This document shows, one piece after another, positions 51,897 through 64,000 of a stretch of DNA of 64,000 bases. The notes under the pieces were generated by a model. It did not search any database and was not told where the DNA came from. It saw nothing but the letters and a program-made list of their open reading frames with translations. Source of the DNA: Rhizodiscina lignyota (lineage: Eukaryota); the NCBI GenBank assembly GCA_010015805.1, contig ML978129.1, positions 1,426,001 to 1,490,000 on the forward strand. Direction: 5' to 3'. Every line of letters begins with the position of its first letter. Positions within the stretch are counted from its first letter, which is position 1. Both the position numbers and the translations under genes were made by a program.

Positions 51897-53689
51897 ATGG
51901 AAGACACGAAAGAGACTCTCCCAGCCGCCAATATGGAGCATACTCCAGAGCTCAATCCCTCACCCTCTACCAAGGGAGAGGTGCCTACCTCTTCGAGTTC
52001 TGGGGTTATTAGTCGCAATCCCGACAGCAGAGACGCGCCTGTGTTGGAGGAAAACAACTACATCTCCGGAATCAAGCTCGCTATAGTTGTCGCAGCACTT
52101 TGCGTAGCGAATTTCTTCGTTGCGTTGGATATTACGATTCTGGGAACTGCTATCCCGAGGATCTCCACGCAATTCAATTCCCTTCAGGATGTCGGCTGGT
52201 ACGCCTCTGCGTATCTACTTACGGATTGCTCCTTTCAATTATTGTTTGGGAAACTTTACACACACTTCGACATCAAAACGATATTCGTCGGGGCGATGAC
52301 TATTTTTGAGATTGGTTCTCTGCTGAATGGTGTTGCTCCTAACAGTCCAGTATTTATCCTGGGTCGGGCTATTGCTGGAGTTGGGGCGGCGGGTGCCTTT
52401 GCGGGTGGTAGGTTTCCACAAGGCTTACTCTCTTCCTCGTGTCCGCCAATTCCAGGAAGGTATTGACTTATGACATAGCTCTCATCATAATCATTCATTC
52501 AGTTCCAGCGGAGAAAAGAGCGCAATACTCGGGCATGATAGTCGGCATGTACGGACTCGCATCTGTTGCCGCACCCTTGACGGGTGGAGCCTTCACGGAT
52601 CATGTTACCTGGCGTTGGTGTTTTTACATCAACCTTCCCTGCGGTGGCGTCGCTATTGCTGGCATATTGTTCTTTTTCAAATCCCCAAAGCTCAACACTA
52701 CTTTCGACTCTTCCCTCAGCCTACGGGCACGGATTATGAAATTCGACCCTTTCGGGACAACCTTCTTCCTCGGTTCGATAACTTGTCTCCTCCTTGCTCT
52801 TCAACTGGGTGGATCCACATACAACTTCACGAATGCTCGGATCATCGTCCTCTTCATCTTGTTTGGCCTTCTCATGATTGCCTTTCTATTGTTTCAGTTC
52901 TGGGAGGGTAACGCTACCATTCCCCCAAGAGTCTTGAAGCAGCGAACCATGCTTTTCGGGTCTTTTTACATGTTCTGCAGTGGCGCCCAATTCCTCATCT
53001 TCGTCTACTATCTTCCCATTTGGTTTCAAGGCGTCCGTGGAACATCGGCGATTCAGTCAGGCATTCGCACGCTGCCCCACCTCCTCGGGAGTACCTTGAT
53101 GGTAGTTTTCTCCGGTGTCATGGTCTCTATAACAGGCCACTACATCCCTTTCATGTGGGCTTCTGTAGTGTTAGGTTCGATCGGCGCCGGGCTTCTTACT
53201 ACCTTGAAGGTTGACTCCAGTTCAGCAAAATGGATCGGCTATCAGATCATCACCGGTATTGGCAACGGTTTGGGATACCAGCAAGGAATTACTGCTGCGC
53301 AAACAGTCCTTGAAGGAAGTGACATGAACATCGGTACGGCAATGATGGTTTTCGTGCAGTTGCTTGGTGGTACGATTTTCGTTTCAGCATCAAACAATGT
53401 GTTTGATACGAGGTTGGTCAAAGATTTACGAAGAACGGTTCCGGATCTGGATCCGGAAAGTGTACTCAAAGCGGGTGCGACGGGGTTGAGAAAGGTGGCA
53501 AGCGAGGCAGACCTTCCGAAGGTGTTAGTGGCATACAACAATGCGTTGACCAAGACATTCGAAATTGGATTGATTTTCGCTTGTTTGGGAGCTATTGGTG
53601 CTGCAGGGATGGAGTGGAGGACAGCCCAGACGAAAGAGCGGCAGAAGGAAGGGTCTCAGGCTGAAGGGTCTCAGACTCCTGATCCTTGA
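51897..53689 (+). CDS. MFS drug:H+ antiporter (DHA2, 14-TM; 2 exons, intron 52408-52478)
   Basis: [42 protein letters not shown] and YLPIWFQ. Confidence 0.95.
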
Positions 53690-54894
53690 TCTGTTGATTA
53701 GGCGACCTGAATTGGTGTCTCGTTGTGGTCTCTCTGGCTTGCTGGTGGGAGTTTGAATGCCTTCTATTTTGGCGGCGGAGGGAAGTCAGCGTGCAGTGTT
53801 CACTAATAGCATGTCCGGGGGAATACGCGCATGTGCTGCACGAGCAAAGGGTCGGAGAACGAGAAAGGAGGCAGTGAATGAGTGCTTGGCGGTAAGGGGC
53901 AAGAGAAGCTGCCTCTGTCTAACTTCCTCATGTACATTGAGGCTTGATTGAAGAATTCCCCAAGGCTATCATCGATCGAAGGAGAAGCGAATTGGACGCG
54001 CAAACCACGAATTTTTCAAGGAGAACTCGTGAGTCTCTCTTTGCGCTTCGCTTTGGACAAAAATTTAATTATTTAACGCAGAACTGAGATCGAACCATTT
54101 ATATGCTGTTACTGTACATTGACGAGCGTGCGTTGCGCGAGGCTGAGGTTTCGCCGCCGCGATAAGGCGCACTGATCACCTCCTGCGCTGTGGGATATTA
54201 GTGTATAGTATGCAAAAGTCGCTGGAATCCTGGCCCAACAGCGTAACAGAAAATCCCCCAAAGAGGAACCCGAAAATCTTTTGAATTTTTTATATATATA
54301 ATAAAGTATTTTCAGAAACTGAGCTCTCAAGAAAGTGAAGAGTGTTTTCTACCAGGGCGATGCCAAGATCCCAGCAACTCTAGCAATATCCTAAGAGATA
54401 CGCCAAGGATCTCACCTCACCCTAATAATGGAAGCTCAATCACCTCACCTCACCCATCGCAACCCACTCACCCGTCATAACGGTGATACCACCACGCAAG
54501 AACCACGCAAGCCCTGGTCCTAGACAGACAGTGAAGGAACCCTCATTTCAAAGGCTTAAGGATGCTTTCAGTTGCACGGCCCTGTTGCAACAACACAACG
54601 TCAGCCAACCCTTGGCCATGATCAGAACAACCTCTCGACATTTGCATACATTGGAATCTTGCTCCAGGGCTGGCAGTTGCATACCACAGCCAAGCCTTCT
54701 AAGACACTACGGTGAGCTACGATGTCCATTGATTCCTCACTCCTGCTGCTGTCTCTCCTCTGCTGTTGCACGCTGGCTTCACTTGCTTAGTTGCGTTCAG
54801 ATCCGGCTTTCCAGAAGTTTTTACGGGCCGTCTGAATGCAGAAATTCTATTCCTCTCAATACTGGACCGAGATCTATACGGACGTCACATTTTA

Positions 54895-56019
54895 CTACAT
54901 CGACATATCCACGACGAGCTTGCCACCGGGCGTTCGATGATACTCCTCTACGAGCCTGTTCAAATCCGACAAAGGATACCTCCTTTGAACTGCTTTCACG
55001 CCATTATTTGCCGCAAACTCAAGCATCTCCGTTGCGAGCTTGTTACTGCTAAGTAGGCATCCAACAAATGAGATTTTCCGCGCCACGATATCCATGGCCG
55101 AGATGTTGAATCCGTTCACTGGATACGAAACGACTACCACCGTGCCATGATTCTTGACCAGCTGCACACCATAGTCGAATGCCTTCTGCGACTCTGTGAG
55201 AATTACTATGCAGTCTACTCCCATCTCGCCTCTATCTTTCTTTCCTTCTCGTCTCCCAAGCTCCTTAACAACCGCATTGGCAGTCTCTTTTCTCGCGTCT
55301 ACAATCCAAGCTCCTGTGCTTAAAGACTCGGCAAGCTCTACTGGCTGATCTGCAGCATCAACACCCACGACCGCCATGCCCATCTTGGTGGCAAACTGGA
55401 GTCCAAGATGACCGAGACCTCCACCGCAGCCCATAATTCCTACTGTACGTCCGGGTTGGGGATCACACTTCTTAAGTGCTGCATAAATCGTCATGCCGGC
55501 GCACATCATCGGCGCTGTGTCGACTGAGCTGAACCCGTCAGGAATTTTGACGACCTGTCTTGCGTCCGCAAGCGCATATTCGGCAAAGCCACCATGCTGG
55601 TCGACACCGATACTTAGCGCGTGAGCACAGTATACCGAGTAGCCGGGTGCATCGCTGTCGGGCCCGGCCTCCTTAGTGCATTCAAAACAAGTTCCGCAAG
55701 GATGGAACGAGCAGCTGGGGATGCCAACACGCGTACCAACTGGGAAGTTTTTAGCTGCTGGCGATGCGCCTTCCGATAGCTTCACAACAGTGCCGGCAAA
55801 CTCGTGGCAGCCGATATGTGGGAATGAAGGTGGATTCGGAGCGAAATGGCCGGCGACTAGCGTGGCATCTGTATGACAGTACCCGGCAGCGTCGACCTTG
55901 ACGAGCAAATCGTGTGGTGAGGATGTTGCTGGGACTTCCGCATCTCGAAAGCTGTATGGTTGGCGATAGGCATCGAGAAATTGCGCCTTCATAGTGCGGG
56001 GAATCTCCGGCACCGTCAT
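54895..56019 (-). CDS. Zn-dependent alcohol dehydrogenase (MDR family), intronless
   Basis: GYCHTD, GCHEFAG, structural-Zn CGTCFEC..C, MCAG and GCGGGLG. Confidence 0.92.
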   Translation of the reverse strand: MTVPEIPRTMKAQFLDAYRQPYSFRDAEVPATSSPHDLLVKVDAAGYCHTDATLVAGHFAPNPPSFPHIGCHEFAGTVVKLSEGASPAAKNFPVGTRVGIPSCSFHPCGTCFECTKEAGPDSDAPGYSVYCAHALSIGVDQHGGFAEYALADARQVVKIPDGFSSVDTAPMMCAGMTIYAALKKCDPQPGRTVGIMGCGGGLGHLGLQFATKMGMAVVGVDAADQPVELAESLSTGAWIVDARKETANAVVKELGRREGKKDRGEMGVDCIVILTESQKAFDYGVQLVKNHGTVVVVSYPVNGFNISAMDIVARKISFVGCLLSSNKLATEMLEFAANNGVKAVQRRYPLSDLNRLVEEYHRTPGGKLVVDMSM

Positions 56020-56921
56020 TTTTATCGCTTTCGTTGCTAGTCGACGACAGAAATTGACTATTCAGCCACTCATAGACGCTCTCTCGATACGGTGCGAAAG
56101 AAAGGATCGTGCAGGTACTTTGAACGCTGATAAACGAGAAGCATTTATAATTTATCTTGTAAACGATGCGACTAATCTATGGGTTGCTGATCACATATGT
56201 GTCTTAGAACCGGGATGCAATCTGAGTTTAGCATAATGGAACACCTCACATTCAGCTACTCCCGATTTCCTAAACATAGCAATAGTAATTCGACTATCAG
56301 TGTGCAAGGTTCTCAGACTATCCCGGTTGCTTCTTGCAGGCCCCAAATTAAACTACTAGCGCGCTAAGCAAAATTACCCTACTAAGCTGAAAAATACGCC
56401 CATGCGCACGTAGTGAGTCGTACTATCCCCCTTAGGATAGTGGTGACCCTCGCCTCATCTCTGGCATTACATCTCCGTACGGAGTACTTCGAAAGCATGT
56501 CTGAAGCGAGACTGCAATTACACAGAGGTCTTTTAGAACGATCGGCACTACGGAGCCTATTCCAGGATGGCACCCAAGCGCCATATCACTTTCGATCTGA
56601 CGATGTCTCGGTGCGGCTGCAGCGTACTGCGCAGTCTTGGTCTTGTTCTTGGGCAATGTTGGGAACAAGCAATGATTGAGGCTCAATGGTAATGTGTAAC
56701 ATTAAGTAAAATGATCCAGCGCACAAACTTTTGGGTAAAACCAAATAAGATGCAGAGCACATCTCTGCTGAAGTATTCAGTGCAAGAGTATTGAGTGCGA
56801 GTCGCGTTACGAGTTATGAATATTGCCTTAGCCGAGTCGCTGGAATCCAAATCTATTCGCTTCCTCTTCTAAGGAAGCTGCATGCTTTAGGTATTTCATT
56901 GCATGCAATATCATGATCATA

Positions 56922-59900
56922 TCATCCTTTGCTCTCCGTAATTGCCCTCCCTCTATCCTCGACGATCTTCTTCAAGCCCTCCACAGTTCCCTTCCCAAGC
57001 CAAGCTAGCCTCCCTCCCTCACTGCCACTGGCCATTTCCTCCGCCCACGCAAAGATCGCCTTCAAATCTCTCAGTTGATCAGCTCTTGTGCCCCTTCTCG
57101 CCACGCTCAGTAACCTTAGCCTCTCGTCCACAACCGTCGGACCCATATCCAGAACCGGGCCTCCAGCAGTTCCAGCGCCCGCGTCACCGCCACTTGATGC
57201 GCTTGATAGAGAAGGCGAAGGTAGCACAAGGCCCCAAAGCGCCTGCTCGAACCCGTCAAATACTGGGAGCTGGAAGATCCATTCCCACATGACCTTGCCC
57301 ATTCGCGCGTTCTGCGAATCGTTAAGCGCTACGAGCGCAGAAGAGAACACGCTCGAATGCGCAGCCGAAGCCGGCCTGCGCCGCACAAAGACGGTCTGGT
57401 TCGCGCGGAACGCCGCAAGATGTGAAGGATTCGAGGCAAAATCGAACGTAACGGGCCAGTACTCGTTCCCAACTGTCGTTATCTGCGCGATGTGGGAGAG
57501 ATCAGGGAGTAGACAGGGCGCTTGGCGATGCAAGACATGCTCGTCGAAGCTGTCCTTGCCCTCATCGTTGATGTATCCAAGGTCTATGCCAGGCTTCATC
57601 CTGACGGTAAGTGGCATTGTTATTGCGCGCTTCGTGTCCAAGTCACGCACAACGAGAGTTCTCGCTTCGGCGGCTAGCACCCAGAAGTGGCGGAAGGCTT
57701 GGAGGTGGCTTCGGTTGTCCGTGACGTCGGAAGGATAGAGCGGATAGAAAGACAGAATCAAACTGGCAACAGCGAGATTCGAGGTTCCAAAAGTGTAACC
57801 CCCTCCTGCAAGGAAGAGTATTCCAAGTGCCATGTGAGCGGCCATGTGGCTTCCATACGTAATCTCTGGATTTACTCGACCATGCAATCTTCGGAGCCGA
57901 CGGAAAACGACCAGGTCGCCAGTCCCAGCCATGACCGTCGCACAAGAGAGCGCCACCAAATCTTGACAGTTGCGAACAGTGTTCCTAGTCAAACGTGCAT
58001 CGTAGCGATGAGCAGGGAGATGAGCAATGCGTATAAAGATGTCCAAGTAAGTGATGAGGAAGTCCCGGATTTGGATAGATCCGCTACCAGCATACTTTAA
58101 GCTCACTGCCCAAAGCAGGCCAGCGAGGATGTTGTAGAACGGAAGATGCTCGCTCTTAAGGGAGTTGATGGTTGATAGAAGGCTGCGAGAGGAGAATGCA
58201 GGTGGCAAATTTCTTTGTATCCACTTCTCGCTCGGTTTGATATCATCCCACATTATGAGATGCCTGGCGAGCGTGCGTAAGAGGAGAATATCAGGCCGGA
58301 CGTAATCGAACTGAGGTAATGTGTCCGGCACATCTACCCTTCGTGCTACAGTTTTGTCGTGCGTCTTCATAAAAATTAATGCAATTGCAATAACGGCTCC
58401 CGCAGTAGCTTGATCGAGTATGTGGACTAGATCCACTGGCCGCGGGCCAACGGCAACCGCTAGCAACCGCTCCACGACTCTCATATCGTGAAGGCCTCGA
58501 AGGTCGGCCCCTTTGCCTAAGTTGATGAAACCTAGAGCAAAGCCCGCAGCTAGTCTGTAGCTCTCGTCGCGTAGGTTGTCAGGAGACTCGGATGTGCTTT
58601 CGACCTCTGCGTGCTCAATCTCAGATAGCATAATCTCGCTCATGCGGCGATGCTGTGTTGCGTAATACAGCATTCCGATACCCATGAGGCCCGTCGTCTG
58701 GGTGAGCTGTGACAAGTTGAGCTCTGCTGCTCCAGGAGGCAGCATGCGCGTAATGTGTACCGACAAGAGGCGCGTTACCAAGGTGTCCATACTTCCAAGG
58801 AAGGAGACAGAGAGGCCAAGGAGAAGTCCAATGGACGTCATCGTGTGCTTCGGCGTCAAGTACTTGAAGGAGAGCCATTTCGCGATGGATCTGAGATGAC
58901 CGTTCAAACCCAGCCCAAGAAGCAAGCCAGCGTGCCTGTTGCTCAGATCAGCGGGCTTGTTGAAGACAACCCACGACGTGTCAATGCCCTCAGCATGTTT
59001 AGACACGGCGAGACCTGCAGAGACACCAGCATGAAACCAAGCCCATCCGTACTTCTCCTCCGTAAACTGCAATCGCTCGGCCGATACCGTAATGTTCATC
59101 GGCCTCATCAAACAGCTCATGTTGTACCCATGAATATGAAATTTTTCAGTGATTAGGGGCCTCTTGCTATCGAAGTAGAACATCGACTGTCCGGACGCTA
59201 GCGAAAACGTCCGAACCATGACCCACTGTACGATGCCTTTCTGCGCCTCTAGGACTTCGGCATCAGACCATGAAGGATCTGGAATGCACTCGGCCACCGC
59301 TGGTCGAAGTGTGTTTAAGAGCTTCTCGGCTTCCCAGTATCGTCGGTCTTCGTTGAATATGAGTTGTGCGATCCGATGCCGCTCCAGCTCAGGCGTGAAA
59401 TTGGCAGGCTCTGCCTGTTCAGCGGCTTGACAGATTGTATGGATATCCCGTATGGCATGGTTGGGGAAAGTCTGCAAGCTGTCAGTTTGCAGGCCTTGTA
59501 GATGCTTCGTTACTACTTACTGCGGAGGGAAGGTCTCGGAGCGGATCCTTCCCAAACTCAGATAGTCGATTCAGATCATCTCTACCAATAAGCTTCAAGA
59601 GCGCTGCGTTCCAAGTGGTTGGCGGATTTGCTTCGCATCGAACGAGAGCTTCTTTCAACGGCGCAAGAACGGACTCTGGGAGAGTCTCGATCATGCTTCT
59701 ATCAATACCGCAATGAGCCATGAGCTCCACCTGACTGGCTGATTTGGGAGTGCTAGACTTTAACCGTTCAAAATACTGCACAACAGCTATTGTACGAGGC
59801 GTCAAGCCGGAGGCGAGTTTCTTCAGTGGCTTTGGAATGACCACATTTAGTTGATGCGATCTCGACTGGGATAGCGGTATGCCCAGGGAAGGGAAGCGGT

Positions 59901-62900
59901 TGTGGAATTCTGGGTTCATTGAGCGCTCAACCCACTCAAAAATGGAAGGTGGGCTCTCGAACGGCGGCGGGCTTATAGCAGGATATCCAGAGATTGAAGC
60001 TGCAAGAATCAGTTAATTCCAATTCATATTTCATAGATATGCCTCATATCCGCAAAATAGCTTACCATCTTCGAATTGGTACAAGCGCTCCCCCGCATCT
60101 TCCAGGTCGTAATAGCCTCCTTGAGAATATGACCAGCCGTCCCACCTCAACCATCGTCCAAGTTGCCCCAGCACCAACGCGATATCCCGCATGCTACCAC
60201 TCGTCTGTTCATGGCATAGAATGTTGAGTTTCTGTTCCTCTCGAAATAGATGTAGCGCCATTAGAATGCGAGGAAGATCATGGCGTCCCTGCTCGCCACG
60301 TTCGTACAAGGGTGAAAGGAGCGCGGATCCAGTTTCAGACGATAGGAACGCACGTGCACGTGCGATGCACGAGATGATAAGGTCTGACTTGGCCGTTCCA
60401 GGTGTCCAGTCAGGCGCAGTTTTGCTCGCCTTCTTGTCAACGCTCCAACTCCAAGCTGGAGATGTCCAGAACTTGGGACCAGGACGCGATTTCAGGCGAG
60501 CCCACATCGCTTGCAGCGCATCAGCATCTGATGTAGATGCCATAGAAGAAAGAGATGATTCGCGACGATGAGAGCGGGATGTGGCTCTGCTCTTAGTAGA
60601 CCGGCCAGGTGTCGTGGGTGGGCGCACATGGCCGACTCCCAAAGCAAGCAGGGTTGTGACCAAAGCAAACCAGTCTTTGTCTTCCTCCGGGCCCTCTATC
60701 ATTCTGCAGAGCTCCCACCAGCAGGCTCTTAGGACGTCGCAAATACCTTCAGGAAGAACAAAAGTACAAATTTCCAAGATTGTAGTAAGGTAAAATTGGC
60801 GTGGACCCAGTTGGACCTGCAGTCGGTGCCTGCAGTCGTTATTTTCCACAACGTCGAAAGAACCTTCCGACCCAACGTGTGCAAAGCCTTTCAGATTCTT
60901 GGGGGAGTCAAGAGTTCGTCGCCTCCCTATGATCCTGCGGCTGGGTGTACTTGCATCCGAGAGAGCGAAGGGATTGAATACATTGAGATTTGGAACCGGT
61001 AATGTAGTTGCTGGCAAACTCTGGCCCCAACATGTCCGCATCTTGAACACAGGTTTTCCTGCGGGGTCGTTCTGCAAGGACAAGACCCTCGAGACAGCGT
61101 GCTCTGTGATCTTAATGGCGTCAAGATCCAGTTGTATTCGGTGGCTCCGCTCAAGGACGGGAAGATAGCTTCCTCTCGCATCCATTTCATCAGAGGTAGG
61201 CGGTATCTTGTGGACATTGAATATGACTTCAATATGATCGTGGATGGGTGGTTGCACTATATGAAGGCAAAGATGGTGAATGTCGTGTGTCAAAGATTTT
61301 ATTGATGTCGGCGCTGCCACAGCGAAAATTCGAGGACGATGAAGATGCTCAGATTTTGTCCACGATGAAAATGATCCGGGTTCATCCATAGGTATTTCTG
61401 TGATCTTTTGCAATAGAAATTCTTTCTTGAGGCCATCGAAAGGTTCTTGGAAAGGTGAGGTAAGGAGTCCATCTCCAGTGATCGTTTCGAAGCTGTCATC
61501 ATCGTCCCCCGGAACACTCAATCTGCTATTAATCATCGACTGATCAACAGACTCTTCGTCAGAGGAGTTGCCGAGACTTTGTCTTGAAAGAATACTTCCC
61601 GGAGTAGATGGCCGATGATAGGATTTCCTGCCACCCAAACTTGTGCGAGATGTTGCCGCACCGAACGAAGGCCCTCTCCGGCCAAAGCTAGAAGTTTGGT
61701 TTCCATGTCCACTGGCCATATCCTGAAACGTTGATCTGTCCTGATTTGTTGACATGTCCACTCGAGATATCAAGGAGCTCACTCTGCGAGACTCTCGTGC
61801 CGGTTGTCGCGAAGAGTCATAATCGGGATCAAGCTGGGAAACAAAAGTCTCTTCAGCAGTTGGATGTGCGCTTGACTCCCTAGTCTGAGCTGGCTTTGCG
61901 TTTGCTCCAATGCTCTCGCGTGCTTGGTCTCTGGGCCTTACGGCAGGAGTTGTCGCGCCAGTTCCAGGCACGAAAGAACTTCTCCGTCGGTTTTTGGCCC
62001 CGGCCGAGCTAGAGCGTTTACGTGTTGTTGCAGCCAAAGACTTCTGCTCAATGTAATCTGCGCTATAAATTACGTAGACTTTCCGAGCTTGATTGGCAGT
62101 AACCAGGAATATGAGAGGCTTGCGTTTCGAGCTACTGCCGGGCAGCTCATGACCTGAAGAAACGTACAGAATTTCTTCATCATTGTGAAGGGGATCTGAT
62201 TGTCGGACTGATGGCACATTTCGACCCCGCGGCTGTCCCGCTCGAGTACCAGGGGAAGAAACGACCAGGCCCATTTCCGAAAGAGGATCTGTAAGGGAAT
62301 AGTGTCGAGGAAGATCATCGGCAGGGGGAGACTTTGCACTCCGGACGAGGTCGTCTAGAGCAAAAGATGCCCGGCTTCCACCACTACCGCGATCCTTCAG
62401 TCTCCTGGGATGTGATTGGGCCGAGGAAGGTCGCCTTCGTTTTGGTTGGAGGGCCTCTGGTGACAGGAATGAGTTCTGGGGAGCAGATGGGAGGGCCGGA
62501 GTAGACGCTATAGTATCTTGTGTGGGTAAACGGCGCTGTAGAATCAGCCCTCTAGGAGCTGGAAAGGCACGCTCAACCTCGAATGGGAGGTTGACAACAT
62601 GACTCGAGCCACGAACGAAGTAGACGTGCGCTTGGAACTTGAGGAAGACAACTAAGGCGCGAGCCGTGCGCTCACCTCTGGTCTTTGCATGTGTGCGACC
62701 TTTGAGAGCAAGAGGAGCATCTGGCGGTAGCGTCCCATACCCAGGTTTCTGCCGTACCGTCAAGCTGGTAGTGAACGATGTCTTAGCCTTTGCGCTTCCT
62801 TGAGATGTCGGCGCACTTCGAACTCCATCTGTACTGGTCCTAACGGCCTTCTTTGGATCGACAAATTCTCCATCCTCTGAAGGAAACCAAGTCAGGACAG

Positions 62901-63144
62901 CTTGCTGGACCTTCTGCTCCTCTACTTCGAATCTGAAGACCTTGCGCACAACGCCTCCAGTGCTGTAGACCACACAGTAATCCGTTGATACTATCTCTTC
63001 TTCTCCCAGCCCTTGTGCTCCTCCATCGTTGAAGGTCTCCCATGTATAGTCGCGCTCTGAAGGCTCTGCCGGGAGAATACCTTCGGCGATGAGGTAGGGA
63101 AGTGCGGAGGGAGTGTGGACGCCGAGGGAACGAAGTGCGGCCAT
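56922..63144 (-). CDS. APC1: Anaphase-promoting complex subunit 1 (3 exons)
   Basis: About 2000 aa; PC-repeat region FHAGVSAGL, HAGLLLGLGLNGHL, YRLAAGFALG, YGSHMAAHMALG and DNRSHLQAFRH; introns at ~60000-60065 and ~59472-59520. Confidence 0.93.
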
Positions 63145-63240
63145 TGTCGTCCTGTTGACTGCATCTGAATATACATTAATGCGCTTGAGGGGGACATACT
63201 GCTCAGTGAAAGTGATGAGGTTGTGCGCGCCTAATTTTGT

Positions 63241-63273
63241 ACGCGTGTGTCCTCGGGCAGTCGCGACGCGTCG
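63241..63273. promoter_or_regulatory. Two MluI cell-cycle boxes (ACGCGT) in the APC1 divergent promoter
   Basis: ACGCGT at 63241 and 63266, the latter within the palindrome CGACGCGTCG. Confidence 0.5.
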
Positions 63274-63425
63274 TGAACATTTTGTGGAGGTAGTTATAAT
63301 GTCACGCTAGGATCGCCAACCACCAATAAGACTGTACCTGAGCTCTTCACTCTACCTAGGCAGCATTGACATTATAATTCCTTCCCACCTCGCCAAAACA
63401 ACTTCAATCAATGCACCATACCACA

Positions 63426-64000
63426 ATGTCGTCGCAAATCAAGCTCCCTCACCGCGTCCATTGCGCGAAAGTCTACCCTTTGAAAGACAATGGCTTAACT
63501 ATCATAGCCTATGGCCACGACGATGGCATATGTGTAACATGGAGAGCATCGAACACTCAGCAGGCCGAATTCCACATACCGTTGAACGCGGAGGCGTTAC
63601 ACATAGCGTTTCCAGACCTCCTCTCCTCCAGAGGATTACCCCCTGTTCTCCAGAAGCAAATTGTACTAGCAGTTGCATGCTCCGACGCGACTGTGAGAGT
63701 CGTCACACTCCCTCTTAGTGCCCCATCAGAGGAAGAGCAGAAGTCTTTCGCGAGATCAGGTCACAGCGAATACGTGGAACAGGCAACAATTGCTGCTGGT
63801 CCAAAAGGGCATCGTACCGCACCAACCAAGGTCGCGCTCACATGGACATCTCGAGAACCGTACGACCAAGCGGAAGACGAAGAAGATGAAGCCGTGCCAC
63901 AGCATCGACAGACTGAGAGCTCTCTGGAATGGGATCTTCTCCTCGCCTCTGTATCTCCAGATGTCTCTGGTCTCCTATTGGTTACGAGGGTTCCATTGGC
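63426..64000 (+). CDS. 5' part of a conserved beta-propeller protein, probably nucleoporin Nup37-like (runs off the window)
   Basis: Open frame to the window end: LPHRVHCAKVYP..IIAYGHDDG..LHIAFP..IVLAVACSDATVRVVTLPL..WDLLLAS..SGLL. Family call is from recall. Confidence 0.6.
   Translation, partial: MSSQIKLPHRVHCAKVYPLKDNGLTIIAYGHDDGICVTWRASNTQQAEFHIPLNAEALHIAFPDLLSSRGLPPVLQKQIVLAVACSDATVRVVTLPLSAPSEEEQKSFARSGHSEYVEQATIAAGPKGHRTAPTKVALTWTSREPYDQAEDEEDEAVPQHRQTESSLEWDLLLASVSPDVSGLLLVTRVPL

Noticed and set aside
53648..53677. 15-bp tandem duplication at the MFS C-terminus ([10 protein letters not shown])
   Set aside because: Trivial in-frame slippage in a disordered tail.

Overview
Fungal (Pezizomycotina) nuclear DNA with spliceosomal GT-AG introns; no rRNA, tRNA or CRISPR features were recognised. 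Housekeeping-type genes (F-box protein, Sdh8/SDHAF4, xanthine dehydrogenase, pyruvate decarboxylase, tyrosine phosphatase, Mrx7-like, APC1/BimE, Nup37-like) are interrupted by two accessory blocks. Block 1 (~9.1-20.5 kb) holds an intronless bacterial-looking beta-lactamase-family hydrolase, a HET protein, an NmrA-like reductase divergent from a Zn2Cys6 TF with a CCGCGG-rich promoter, a small atypical kinase-like gene, a divergent forkhead-like ORF, and an indel-free 55-bp degenerate tandem array. Block 2 (~28.5-56 kb) is an apparently intact dual-PKS resorcylic acid lactone (RAL) cluster of the hypothemycin/zearalenone type: HR-PKS, P450, NR-PKS, GST and MFS, flanked by a Zn-ADH and a PRISE-like SDR. 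No O-methyltransferase, FMO, FAD oxidase or halogenase was found in the window, and RIP-like relics lie in the gaps. Gene models were spliced by hand and family calls rest on motifs and recalled sequences, not database searches.
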